Source of the DNA: an uncultured delta proteobacterium
GTDB lineage: Bacteria; Desulfobacterota; BSN033; UBA1163
Reading direction: 5' to 3'
DNA: 64,000 nucleotides
Assembly (NCBI GenBank): GCA_963827685.1
Contig: CAWHBU010000002.1
Coordinates: 32,001 to 96,000, forward strand
Below are positions 18,755 through 28,306 of the stretch, piece after piece (positions within the stretch are counted from its first letter, which is position 1; every line of letters starts with the position of its first letter). Below the pieces are notes generated by a model that saw nothing but the letters and a program-made list of their open reading frames with translations, searched no databases and was not told where the DNA came from. Position numbers and translations under genes: made by a program.

Positions 18755-20311
18755 ATGTACATTGATGAAGATAAATGTATCCTATGTGATGAGTGCATTC
18801 GAGCATGTGCTTTAGGAGCGATTTCGGAACGGGATGGGCAGATAGTCATTGGTAAAGAGTGCGTCAACTCTTTGGGGTGTCCTGCAGCAACCATTTGCCC
18901 TCAAGAAGCCATATTACACCATGATAAGAGTCCGGTTATAAGTGCTGTTATGTGCAGTGTTTGCCCTGTGCGGTGTGAAATTCCACCTGGGGGTACAGGG
19001 GATTGCCAAATGTTAACGAACAAAGAGGGCCAAATCGTTCGTAGAACCGAGCTTACGCCGTATGAGGATATCAGGCAAAATCTAAAGCCTGAATTTGACC
19101 CGGTTATATCCAAACCTTTAATGACAGGAATAGGCGCTGGGACTCATTGTATTAATCCCCCAGCGCCTTTAGTCGTTTTAGAAAATGTTGAAGGGGTTGA
19201 TGTAGTTACTTCAGTCACTGAGTGTCACTATCTTTATGCAGGCATAAAGGTGAAAATAGATACCGAGAAGTATGTTGGTGAGGAAGGCTCAAAAGTCTTT
19301 TTTGAGGGAAAAGAAGTTGGCATGGTAAGTAAGGAACATTACGGGTCTAAATTTCTCGAATTAGGTGATGTAAACACTTTTACTAATGGTAAGGACGGCT
19401 GGAAGGCTGCCAAGCTGGTAGCTGATATCGCCAACCGAAAACCTGTGAAATTGGAAATTAAGGAAGGAAGTACCTTAGAAGTTCAAGTAGGCAAGAAGCC
19501 GATAATAGACGGGGAGCTGTCTGAGCGTCGACGTTATGGTTGTGGTGGGGAGGTTGGGGTTTCCTTGGGGAGTGTGTTTTTGAAAGAACTATTCGAGAAA
19601 GGGATCGTCAACGAAGGGATTGTTATAGATCGGGGATACACTGGTCGTTTTGGGATCCCAGCTGTGGATTTTAATCTAGACCCTTGGGGTAAACCTATTA
19701 TGAAAAGTGGTATAAGGATTAAGTACGTGAACCCAGTCCGCTTCTGTTTGCCTCATGTTGGTGGAAAAGGCTGGGGATGTACACCCCTAAAAAAGGGTTT
19801 TGACATTATTCTCGATTACGATCCGAATCGTATAGAACCGGGTTATACCCTCTTGATTACTGAACCTAGTGCAGATAGAATCGAATTTTATGAGTTTACT
19901 AAGGGTAAGACTTTCAAAGAAATACCTTTGCCTAAGGAGGTTGAAGAAGCTATAGAAGTGTTCCGGAGCGAATGCGAACCAGCTCGTGTATCCGCTTATT
20001 TCATCGCCGGCGCTGGTGGCACAGCGAGAAAAGGGGTCGCCAAAAAACCAGTACGTCTTTCACAGGCTGTGCTGGAAAGAAAAGCGAGAGTAACGGTGGG
20101 GGGAGCGCCAGCGTTTGTTTATACCGGTGGAGGGATAAATTTTACGGTTGACGTGGAAGAGGTTAAACCAGGGGCTTTCTACTGGACGGCGGCTCCTGCT
20201 GTTGTAGCCCCCTTGGAATTCACCCTGAAACTTGAAGACTATAAGCAGATTGGCGGTTTTATAGAAGACATACGTCCATTAGCTGAGGTTTTAAAAAAGA
20301 TTGTAAAGTAA
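18755..20311 (+). CDS. 6-hydroxynicotinate reductase (Hnr)-like Fe-S flavoprotein
   Basis: N-terminal ferredoxin, CSVCPVRC, GVDVVTSVTE, YGSK, GAGGTAR.GV...PV.L, VGGAPAFVYTGGGINF, PAVVAPLEFT match the Hnr family as I recall it. Confidence 0.85.
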   Translation: MYIDEDKCILCDECIRACALGAISERDGQIVIGKECVNSLGCPAATICPQEAILHHDKSPVISAVMCSVCPVRCEIPPGGTGDCQMLTNKEGQIVRRTELTPYEDIRQNLKPEFDPVISKPLMTGIGAGTHCINPPAPLVVLENVEGVDVVTSVTECHYLYAGIKVKIDTEKYVGEEGSKVFFEGKEVGMVSKEHYGSKFLELGDVNTFTNGKDGWKAAKLVADIANRKPVKLEIKEGSTLEVQVGKKPIIDGELSERRRYGCGGEVGVSLGSVFLKELFEKGIVNEGIVIDRGYTGRFGIPAVDFNLDPWGKPIMKSGIRIKYVNPVRFCLPHVGGKGWGCTPLKKGFDIILDYDPNRIEPGYTLLITEPSADRIEFYEFTKGKTFKEIPLPKEVEEAIEVFRSECEPARVSAYFIAGAGGTARKGVAKKPVRLSQAVLERKARVTVGGAPAFVYTGGGINFTVDVEEVKPGAFYWTAAPAVVAPLEFTLKLEDYKQIGGFIEDIRPLAEVLKKIVK

Positions 20312-20326
20312 TGGGAATATCACCTT

Positions 20327-21199
20327 ATGAGTACACATGAATGTCAAGATGAATACAAAAGCATTAAAGAAATGGATGATGGCACTGTCGTTGTTCACAG
20401 AGGGCCAATGTTAATGAGTATTTTTGTATCGAATGGAACAATTTCCAACAGCACTTTAGCCAAACGAGGGGCTGAAAAAGCATTAGAGGTGTTGGACACA
20501 CTAGGAAGGTTTCGAAAGGTGATAACTAAAAAAATTGGGGAGATAGGATCCATTGAAGTGTTACCACCGATCGTTAGGAGAATGGTGTCGGCCGCTCAAA
20601 AATTTGAAGACCCAACTGTAACACCTTTAATTGCAGTGGCCGGAGTTGGAGCTGATGAGGTGGCCGATTTCATTTTCAATGTTGGGAATTCTACGAAAGT
20701 AATAGTAAATAATGGTGGTGATATAGCTATTCGATTAGAGAAACATGAGGAGGTAAAGGTTGGTATCAAAACAGACCTCTCTGAAAGAAAGGTTACGCAT
20801 ATCCTAACTGTTAGGGGAACAAATGGCATAGGAGGGGTGGCTACAAGTGGTTTTGGAGGGAGAAGTTTTACAAGAGGCATCGCTAATGCAGCAGTAGCTA
20901 TCGCGGTGGATGCAACTTCGGCCGATGTGGCTGCCACACTGATTGGCAATGCCACCGATATCGAAAGTCCTAATATAATAAAGGCTCTAGCTCGGGATTT
21001 GTATGAGTTTACAGATATTCCTGATCTCTGGGTTACAAAAAGTATTGGTGTCTTGGAAGCATCTGAAGTCAAACAGGCTCTCGATCGCGGTATGCGAAAG
21101 GCTGAAACATTTCAAGAAAAAGGACTAATCATTGGAACCTTTTTGGCTGTAAAAGACCAATTTACGGTTTCCAAACCGATATTTCCGTTTATTCAATAA
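20327..21199 (+). CDS. UPF0280/ApbE-like flavin transferase
   Basis: TPLIAVAG.GADEVAD, VNNGGDIA, GVATSGFGGRSFTRGIANA, ADVAATLIGN. Confidence 0.88.
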   Translation: MSTHECQDEYKSIKEMDDGTVVVHRGPMLMSIFVSNGTISNSTLAKRGAEKALEVLDTLGRFRKVITKKIGEIGSIEVLPPIVRRMVSAAQKFEDPTVTPLIAVAGVGADEVADFIFNVGNSTKVIVNNGGDIAIRLEKHEEVKVGIKTDLSERKVTHILTVRGTNGIGGVATSGFGGRSFTRGIANAAVAIAVDATSADVAATLIGNATDIESPNIIKALARDLYEFTDIPDLWVTKSIGVLEASEVKQALDRGMRKAETFQEKGLIIGTFLAVKDQFTVSKPIFPFIQ

Positions 21200-21244
21200 A
21201 TAATTCAGTTTAGCTGATCTAATTACGTTATAGGAAAAGCTATT

Positions 21245-22120
21245 ATGCGTATCCATCTAGTTCAGATGAAACCTAAGCTATTTGATAAGAAAACAAACCT
21301 TGAGATTATGGCAAGGTACATTGAACAAGCCATCAAACAAAAGATAAGTTTGGTGGTTTTTCCTGAACTTTCTCTAACAGGATATATGTGCAGGAAGGCC
21401 TTTGCAGAACTTGCGGAGCCTATACCGGGTCCTTCGATAAGAGATATTGCTTTAAAAGCTCAGAAAAACAAAATTTACGTCCTTTTTGGTATGGCAGAAA
21501 AAAAAGGTGATGGAATTTATAACTCGGCTCCTCTTTGTGGTCCAAATGGAATAGTTGGCATATGGAGGAAAACCTATCTTCCTCAATTTATTTCCTTCAG
21601 CGGAGTGCGCTATGAGGAGAAAAAATATTTCCGTTCTGGTGAACAATTAAATGTCTTCGACACCAGATTCGGGAAAATTGGTATTCAAATATGCTACGAG
21701 ATTTGGTTTCCAGAGATTGCGAGAGCGCAAGCCAGACAAGGTGCCTGGCTACTTTTAAATATTTCCGCTGCCCCTATGGGTGTACCAAGAACTTTTCGAC
21801 AATTAGGGCAAGCCCGAGCACTCGAAAATAGTTGCTGGTTTGGTTTCGTAAATCAGGTGGGCCGTCAAGAAAGTATTTCTTTTGGAGGTGGAACATGTAT
21901 GGTTGATCCCAATGGAGCCCTTACAGATTTGGCCACTCTTGAATCGGAATCAAAGGAAGAGGTTCTTTGCTGCGAGATTATACCACAACCCGTATTCAAA
22001 AGGCGGAAGAGTCTACCAGTTTTAAGGGATGTTCGCCCTAAGATAATTCGTAAATTCGCCCACGTATTAGATAATCAGGAGAGAGGAGGTGAGAAAAAGA
22101 GAAAGGAGAAGATGATATAA
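21245..22120 (+). CDS. Carbon-nitrogen hydrolase (nitrilase superfamily)
   Basis: Catalytic triad in FPEL, WRKTYL and ICYE. Confidence 0.92.
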   Translation: MRIHLVQMKPKLFDKKTNLEIMARYIEQAIKQKISLVVFPELSLTGYMCRKAFAELAEPIPGPSIRDIALKAQKNKIYVLFGMAEKKGDGIYNSAPLCGPNGIVGIWRKTYLPQFISFSGVRYEEKKYFRSGEQLNVFDTRFGKIGIQICYEIWFPEIARAQARQGAWLLLNISAAPMGVPRTFRQLGQARALENSCWFGFVNQVGRQESISFGGGTCMVDPNGALTDLATLESESKEEVLCCEIIPQPVFKRRKSLPVLRDVRPKIIRKFAHVLDNQERGGEKKRKEKMI

Positions 22121-22212
22121 AGAAGAGGTGAGCAATAGGAGGGGTTTTAGTGCTCTTCACATTTAAATTTAGAGAGGCAACTCGAGGCGGAAGTTGACCT
22201 AAGGAGGAAGCT

Positions 22213-23430
22213 ATGGTGAAAAAACAATCGTTATACATAATGACTTTTTGCTGCATTTTGGGGTTGATCTTAGCCATTTTCTGTTCAAGTAGGATTGTTT
22301 CGGCTGCTGATACCCTGAAACTGGGGGTAATTGTGCCCTTAAGTGGTGCGGCAGCGGAACCAGGAACGCGAATGTTGAAAGCTATAGAGCTAGCAGCTAA
22401 CGATGTAAATAAATCAGGGGGTGTGTTAGGCAAGAAAATTGAGTTAGTCGTATGGGACGAGGAAGCCAAAGTTGATAAAGCTTTGACTGGAGCAAAGAAA
22501 CTCATCATGCAAGATAAAGTCTGGGGACTTGTGGGTGGCTATCGTACGGGGGTTTCTTTAGCCATTATGGATGTTTCTGCTGACGAAAAGGTGATTTGGA
22601 TGATTACTGATTCTGTCGGAGACCAAATCACAGATAAGATCAAGGAAAATTATGACAAATATAAATATACCTTTCGGAGTCAATCCCCTGCCAGCGATTT
22701 TGCAAAGAATGGGATCCCTTTTTTAACTGACGTCGTGAAAACTAAAAAATACTTTTATGTTTCAGAAAATACCCAATGGACCAAGAGCCTAGGGGAAGCA
22801 CTAAATAAATTCGCTGTTCCCCTTGGCATCGAGTGTGTTGGGACAGTTGAATGTGACCCTGGTGCTACGGAATTTACTTCGGAAATTGAAAAAATCAGGC
22901 AAGCCAACCCTGGGGCTGTCATTTGTAGCCTAGCTGCTGCTGCAGGGCCAGCTTTTGCAAGGCAATACGCAGAGGCCAGAATAAGGATACCAATTATGTA
23001 CTGTGCAGGCATCATGACCTTTCAAGATGTGGTTCAGGGACTTGGCGACAAAGCAAATTATCAATGCACGATGGCTTGGCTATGGGATATTCCCGTGACT
23101 CCCAAAACCTTAGATTTTTACAAAAGATACACCCAATACTATGCACGTCCAGGGGGTTCAGAAGATAGCCGAGGCTATGATGGCTTAATGCTTATAGTGG
23201 AGGGTATCAACAAGGCAAAATCCTTTGATGTGGATAAAGTTGCAAAAGCTCTGGAAGGTATTGAGTATGTCGGCGTAAGCGGGAAATTCGTTTTTGGAAA
23301 AGATCATCAACCTAAGTATGGGCAAGGACTTCTGGAACCTATAATAGTCCAGTGGTTTAATAAGAAAGGTTACGTGATTTATCCAGCAAGGTTGGCAAAT
23401 TCTGCTTTCAAATTGATGCCTAGTAAATAA
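22213..23430 (+). CDS. Liv-type ABC transporter substrate-binding protein
   Basis: Signal peptide; KLGVIVPLSG, NKSGGVLGKKIELV.WD, GYDGL. Confidence 0.92.
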   Translation: MVKKQSLYIMTFCCILGLILAIFCSSRIVSAADTLKLGVIVPLSGAAAEPGTRMLKAIELAANDVNKSGGVLGKKIELVVWDEEAKVDKALTGAKKLIMQDKVWGLVGGYRTGVSLAIMDVSADEKVIWMITDSVGDQITDKIKENYDKYKYTFRSQSPASDFAKNGIPFLTDVVKTKKYFYVSENTQWTKSLGEALNKFAVPLGIECVGTVECDPGATEFTSEIEKIRQANPGAVICSLAAAAGPAFARQYAEARIRIPIMYCAGIMTFQDVVQGLGDKANYQCTMAWLWDIPVTPKTLDFYKRYTQYYARPGGSEDSRGYDGLMLIVEGINKAKSFDVDKVAKALEGIEYVGVSGKFVFGKDHQPKYGQGLLEPIIVQWFNKKGYVIYPARLANSAFKLMPSK

Positions 23431-23439
23431 TAGCATTAG

Positions 23440-23486
23440 CCCTTTCGGTTGGTGGAAATCATTAATGAACTCACCAACCGAAAGGG
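23440..23486 (+). other. Intercistronic stem-loop after the binding-protein gene
   Basis: Perfect 15-bp inverted repeat CCCTTTCGGTTGGTG / CACCAACCGAAAGGG. Confidence 0.75.
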
Positions 23487-23510
23487 TATTAATGATCGAA
23501 GGTTAACTTC

Positions 23511-24365
23511 ATGCTATTGCAAATCCTAGTAAGTGGTTTTTTCCTCGGGGGTATTTATGCCCTTATGGCCTGCGGTTTGTCGCTTATACTTGGCGTGATG
23601 CGCATTGTGAACTTAACCCATGGGTGTTTTTTCACTCTCGGTGCTTATATTCTTTTTTCTTTTATTTTAAGGGCAAATGTAAATCCTTTCATCGGTATGT
23701 TTTTTACCATCATCGTTTTATTCTTCATTGGAAGCATTTTGGAGTGGTTGATAATAAAGAGAATAAAGTATTCGGAAATAAACATGATGGTTCTTACTCT
23801 GGCCTTAGCAATTGCTGGTGAGGAATTCATCCGCATTGCCTGGGGACCTAAGTATTTGCATATTCCCCCTTTGATCGAAGGTGAATTTAGATTGGGACAT
23901 ATATATATGTCCAATCAACGGATATTAGCTTGTTTCATTGGATTATTTATGCTCTTTCTTCTGATGCTTTTCTTAAAGAAGACTAAGACTGGAAAGGCCA
24001 TCCGTATGGTACAACAAATTCCAGAAACTGCTGCGTTGATGGGAATTAATGTGAGGACAATCTCTATGGTTGTCTTTGGATTAGGAGTAGTTTTGGCTGG
24101 TGCGGCAGGAAGTTTGTGGGCCCCTATGTATATTATATATCCGGCAATGGGATGGACACCACTACTTATCTCATTTGCCATCGTAATATTGGGTGGCATG
24201 GGTAGTCTCGGTGGCTCAATCTTGGGAGGCTTCTTATTTGGTTTCGCTACTCTTCTAACATCTATGTACATATCGTCTGGGCTGGTTAATGTTATTCCCT
24301 TTATAACTTTGTTCATAGTGCTGCTGATACGACCAACTGGTTTTTTTGGAAAGGATATTTTTTAA
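23511..24365 (+). CDS. Liv-type ABC permease (LivH-like)
   Basis: GGIYALMACGLSLILGV..IVNLTHG, GKAIR, ILGGMGS, RPTGFFG. Confidence 0.92.
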   Translation: MLLQILVSGFFLGGIYALMACGLSLILGVMRIVNLTHGCFFTLGAYILFSFILRANVNPFIGMFFTIIVLFFIGSILEWLIIKRIKYSEINMMVLTLALAIAGEEFIRIAWGPKYLHIPPLIEGEFRLGHIYMSNQRILACFIGLFMLFLLMLFLKKTKTGKAIRMVQQIPETAALMGINVRTISMVVFGLGVVLAGAAGSLWAPMYIIYPAMGWTPLLISFAIVILGGMGSLGGSILGGFLFGFATLLTSMYISSGLVNVIPFITLFIVLLIRPTGFFGKDIF

Positions 24366-24427
24366 AAAGTATTTCATATATTTGTGAGAAATGGATATTT
24401 TAATGACCAAGATCTTTACAGTGAATT

Positions 24428-25405
24428 GTGAGTTCTAGAACTTACGCCATGGAAAAACACACTTTAGCGAAAAATGAGATAGTGGCTACAAGAAACACAT
24501 TCCCAATTTTAATATATTTTATTTTTTTTACGTTATTTACTATTATTTTCCCGATCATATTTAACAATAAATTTCTGCTTCATGTAGCAATATTAGCAAA
24601 TATATTTGCGTTGGTTGCTATCAGTTGGGATTTGTTATTTGGTTTTGTTGGAATTTTGAATTTGGCTCCGGCAGTGTTTTACGGCGCTGGCGCTTACACC
24701 GTGGGCTTTCTGACAAAATACTATCATATTTACCCCATTGGAGGGTTGATTATAGCTGGATGTGTTGGATTATTGCTCTCTCTTTTGTTGGGTTTACCCA
24801 GCCTCAGACTAAGAGGAGCCTATTACGCTATGGCTACTTTGGCTTTTTGCGCGGTACTTAATACCCTTGCTTTGGGCATGCCCAATATAACAGGTGGCGA
24901 GGAGGGCATTATTGGAATACCTTCCTTAATAAGTGAGACGAAATGGAATTTTTATTTTTCGTCATGTTTGGTATTTACTTGTGTTCTTGCCTTAAAGTAC
25001 ATGTTGAGCACAAAATTTGGCAGAAGACTCACCTCGATACGGGAAGACGAGATACTCAGTCAGGCAGCGGGAATTGATACTAGCAAATATAAGGTTATTG
25101 CCTCCACTGTTGGTGGGGTCATAGCGGGTTTGGCCGGAGGATATAGCTGCTATTATCTTAACAATGTCGCTCCAGAGGTTTTTTCTATTGCTTTTACCTT
25201 TTCTATAATTACGATTACTGTAACCGGGGGGATTGGAACCATAATTGGCCCGGTCATTGGTTCTTATTTGCTCACCTTTGCTAACGAAAATTTATTCATT
25301 ATTGGTCAATACCGGTTACTGGTTTATAGTGGAATCATTATATTCGTTATACTTTTTTCCCCTACAGGTATTATTGGTGTGGTAAAAAAATTAAAAGGGA
25401 ATTAA
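24428..25405 (+). CDS. Liv-type ABC permease (LivM-like)
   Basis: SWDLLFGFVG, LRLRGAYYAMATLAF, TGGEEG, GRRLTSIREDE. Confidence 0.92.
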   Translation: MSSRTYAMEKHTLAKNEIVATRNTFPILIYFIFFTLFTIIFPIIFNNKFLLHVAILANIFALVAISWDLLFGFVGILNLAPAVFYGAGAYTVGFLTKYYHIYPIGGLIIAGCVGLLLSLLLGLPSLRLRGAYYAMATLAFCAVLNTLALGMPNITGGEEGIIGIPSLISETKWNFYFSSCLVFTCVLALKYMLSTKFGRRLTSIREDEILSQAAGIDTSKYKVIASTVGGVIAGLAGGYSCYYLNNVAPEVFSIAFTFSIITITVTGGIGTIIGPVIGSYLLTFANENLFIIGQYRLLVYSGIIIFVILFSPTGIIGVVKKLKGN

Positions 25406-26137
25406 GTGATGCTTGAATTAAAAAACGTAAGCAAGAGTTTTAAAGGTTTAACTGCCTTGTTGAACGTCAGCCTTGAAGCCCAAAGAGGTGAGATTTTGGG
25501 CCTCATGGGTCCAAATGGAGCTGGGAAGACTACGCTAATAAACTTGATGAGCGGATTCCTTAAACCGACTTCAGGAGAAATAATTTGGAAAGGTGCTAAT
25601 ATCGAGAAATTGAAGCCTTATCATAGAGTGGTAAAAGGGATTTCAAGAACCTTTCAACAACCGAGGGTTTTTTTAAATATGAGCATATTCGATAACATAT
25701 ACGTCGGCTTACTTCCTTCCAATAAGTCGGGTTTATTTAAAAATAATAACCTTAAGGAGAGAGTGTTTGAAATTATTAAGAAAGTGAGTATATCTGACGC
25801 CCCTTCAACTTTGGGCAAAGATCTTGCGCATGACGAATTGAGAAAGTTGGAAATCGCTCGAGCTATAGCAACAGATCCAGAATTACTTCTATTAGACGAA
25901 ATTGTCTCAGGACTAACCGCTGAAGAAAGTAATGAAATTGGAGAAATCATTCGGATGCTTAATCGGGCCGGATTAACAATTATCATAATTGAGCATGTAA
26001 TGAGATTTCTTATGAATATTTCGCAAAGAGTAGTGGTTCTGGACCACGGTGAAAAACTTTGTGAAGGGAGCCCAGAGGAAATAAGCCGTAATCCCAAAGC
26101 TTTGGATGTATATTTTGGAGAAGAAAGCCTTGCTTAA
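25406..26137 (+). CDS. Liv-type ABC ATPase (LivG-like)
   Basis: GPNGAGKTT, SRTFQ, LLLDE, IEH. Confidence 0.92.
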   Translation: MMLELKNVSKSFKGLTALLNVSLEAQRGEILGLMGPNGAGKTTLINLMSGFLKPTSGEIIWKGANIEKLKPYHRVVKGISRTFQQPRVFLNMSIFDNIYVGLLPSNKSGLFKNNNLKERVFEIIKKVSISDAPSTLGKDLAHDELRKLEIARAIATDPELLLLDEIVSGLTAEESNEIGEIIRMLNRAGLTIIIIEHVMRFLMNISQRVVVLDHGEKLCEGSPEEISRNPKALDVYFGEESLA

Positions 26138-26837
26138 AATTGAAAATTGTTGGGTTTATTATCATAAAGCCTTAGCCCTTGAGGATATTTCTCTGGAGGT
26201 AATGGAAGGGGAGGCCGTGTCAATTCTAGGAGCCAACGGTGCTGGTAAAACCACTATTATAAGACTCATTTTAGGCTTTAAAAAACCCACCAAAGGCGGT
26301 GTTTTCTTCAACAATGAGTCGATCAGTGGGTTACCGCCCCACCGGATTGTAGCCCGAGGTATTAGTATTTCTCCAGAAGGAATGAGCTTAGCTTCAGAGA
26401 TGACAGTTATGGAGAATCTGGAGATGGGCGCCTATTTGATAAAGAACCGTCAAGTGAAAAAGGACACTCTTCACGAAATTTTTGAGATGTTTCCTGTTCT
26501 ATATCAGAGACGTAACCAACTTGCAGGTACCCTTAGTGGCGGAGAACGGCAAATGGTTGGGCTGGGACGAGCCTTCATGTCAAAGCCCAAACTTCTAATA
26601 TTGGATGAACCCTCCCTAGGGCTGGCGCCTTTGGTAAGAAAAGAGATTTTCAAGCAAATTGCGAAAATCAAATTGAAACACTTATCAGTATTACTGGCAG
26701 AACAGGAAGCAACTTTAGGTCTTACAGTAACCGACAGGTGTTATATCATTGAAAATGGTAAAAACGTACTAAGCGCAAATAGTAAAGAAATGATAAGCAA
26801 TGATTTTGTTCAAAGAGTCTATCTTGGCATGGGCTAA
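26130..26837 (+). CDS. Liv-type ABC ATPase (LivF-like)
   Basis: GANGAGKTT, LSGGERQM, LDEPSLGLAP, VQRVYLG; start uncertain. Confidence 0.9.
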   Translation: MLKIENCWVYYHKALALEDISLEVMEGEAVSILGANGAGKTTIIRLILGFKKPTKGGVFFNNESISGLPPHRIVARGISISPEGMSLASEMTVMENLEMGAYLIKNRQVKKDTLHEIFEMFPVLYQRRNQLAGTLSGGERQMVGLGRAFMSKPKLLILDEPSLGLAPLVRKEIFKQIAKIKLKHLSVLLAEQEATLGLTVTDRCYIIENGKNVLSANSKEMISNDFVQRVYLGMG

Positions 26838-26931
26838 TCATATTGTAATTCGAAATATTATAGATTTTTTGAAGAGCCCATTTGGGGACTAAAAATATCT
26901 GCACTTTTTATGGACAATTTAAAGGAGAGTA

Positions 26932-27801
26932 TTGAAGATGAGAGATTTTGAATATTTCAGAGTAGAGTCCTTGGACGAAGCAATTTTTCTTATGCGGAAG
27001 AACGGCCAAACCAAAATATTGGCCGGAGGTACAGATCTCATTCCGAAAATGAAGCGATACGAAATAAGCCCTAAAACTGTAATTGATATAAAAAGAATAC
27101 CTGACCTCCACAAATTTAAATGCAACGGGGACGGAAGCCTTTCAATTGGTCCGCTAGTTACTTTCTCGGATATCCTAGATGATCCTGTCATTAAGAGAAG
27201 TTATTTTATCCTTTACCAATCAGCAAAGGTTTTAGGGACGGCCCAGACAAGAAATCGCGCTACAATTGGTGGAAATATTTGTAATGGTTCTCCAGCTGGA
27301 GATAGCATTCCTCCATTAATTTGTTTGAATGCCCAGTTACGATTGATTAATCAAGAAGGTGAAAGGTGGATACCTGTTGAGCATTTTTTTGAAGGTCCTC
27401 AAAAAACTTGTGCGCGTTCAGATGAATTGTTATCTGAAATCAAAATCCCTCCTCTTCGACCAAACACCTTTGGGGTATACCTGAAATTAGGTGCCAGAAA
27501 AGCTTTAGAAATTGCTATCATAAGTATTGGTGTTTCGATCACTTTTAGTAAAGAAGTGAAAATCGTGGATGATATTAGAATCTCATTAGGTTCAGTTGCG
27601 CCTACCCCTATCCGTTGTAGGCAGGCAGAGAATATCTTAAAAGGGAGAGAGATTACAGAAGGTATTATTGAAAAGGCAAGTCTGGAAGTTCAAAAGAATA
27701 TCAACCCCATTTCTGATTTGAGGGGAACGTCTGAATACCGCTATGAAATGGCCTATATCTTAACTAAAAAAGCTTTTGAAGGTGTGTTAACAAAACAATG
27801 A
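26932..27801 (+). CDS. Xanthine-dehydrogenase-family FAD subunit
   Basis: LAGGTDL, RNRATIGGN.CNGSPAGD, SVAPTP, PISDLRGTSEYR. Confidence 0.93.
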   Translation: MKMRDFEYFRVESLDEAIFLMRKNGQTKILAGGTDLIPKMKRYEISPKTVIDIKRIPDLHKFKCNGDGSLSIGPLVTFSDILDDPVIKRSYFILYQSAKVLGTAQTRNRATIGGNICNGSPAGDSIPPLICLNAQLRLINQEGERWIPVEHFFEGPQKTCARSDELLSEIKIPPLRPNTFGVYLKLGARKALEIAIISIGVSITFSKEVKIVDDIRISLGSVAPTPIRCRQAENILKGREITEGIIEKASLEVQKNINPISDLRGTSEYRYEMAYILTKKAFEGVLTKQ

Positions 27802-27815
27802 GAGATGGAGGAAAA

Positions 27816-28283
27816 ATGATAGGCAAGAAATCAATAAGAATTCAATTAAATCAAGAAGCAGTAGAATGTACTGTTGATGATAATATGACCTTATTAGATC
27901 TACTGCGAGATGTTTTGGATTTAACTGGCACTAAAAAAGGATGTGATACAGGTGAATGCGGCGCTTGTACTGTAATTTTAGATGGGAAAGCAGTTAATGC
28001 CTGCCTTGTTCTGGCAGTGGAAGCTGATGGTAGTAAGGTACAAACAATTGAGGGTATAGGAAAATTGAACTTAGATCCCCTCCAGATCTCTTTTGTTGAA
28101 AATGGAGCGATCCAATGTGGATTTTGTACCCCGGGTTTCATCATGTCAGCTAAGGCTTTATTGGACAGGAATCGTAAACCCAATGATGAAGAAATCAAGA
28201 CTGCTTTATCTGGAAACCTGTGCCGCTGCGGAAGCTATAATAAGATATTAACGGCGATCAACAAAGTTATTTCAAAGGAATGA
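27816..28283 (+). CDS. Xanthine-dehydrogenase-family 2x[2Fe-2S] subunit
   Basis: GCDTGECGACTV, QCGFCTPG, GNLCRC. Confidence 0.93.
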   Translation: MIGKKSIRIQLNQEAVECTVDDNMTLLDLLRDVLDLTGTKKGCDTGECGACTVILDGKAVNACLVLAVEADGSKVQTIEGIGKLNLDPLQISFVENGAIQCGFCTPGFIMSAKALLDRNRKPNDEEIKTALSGNLCRCGSYNKILTAINKVISKE

Positions 28284-28306
28284 CTTCTTCGGAAAGAGGT
28301 GAAATT

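Noticed and set aside
14768-21920. TGGAGCC(C) matches to the tRNA 3' end at ~14768 and ~21913 as the second att site
   Set aside because: Only 7-8 bp, expected by chance; the second lies inside a CDS.
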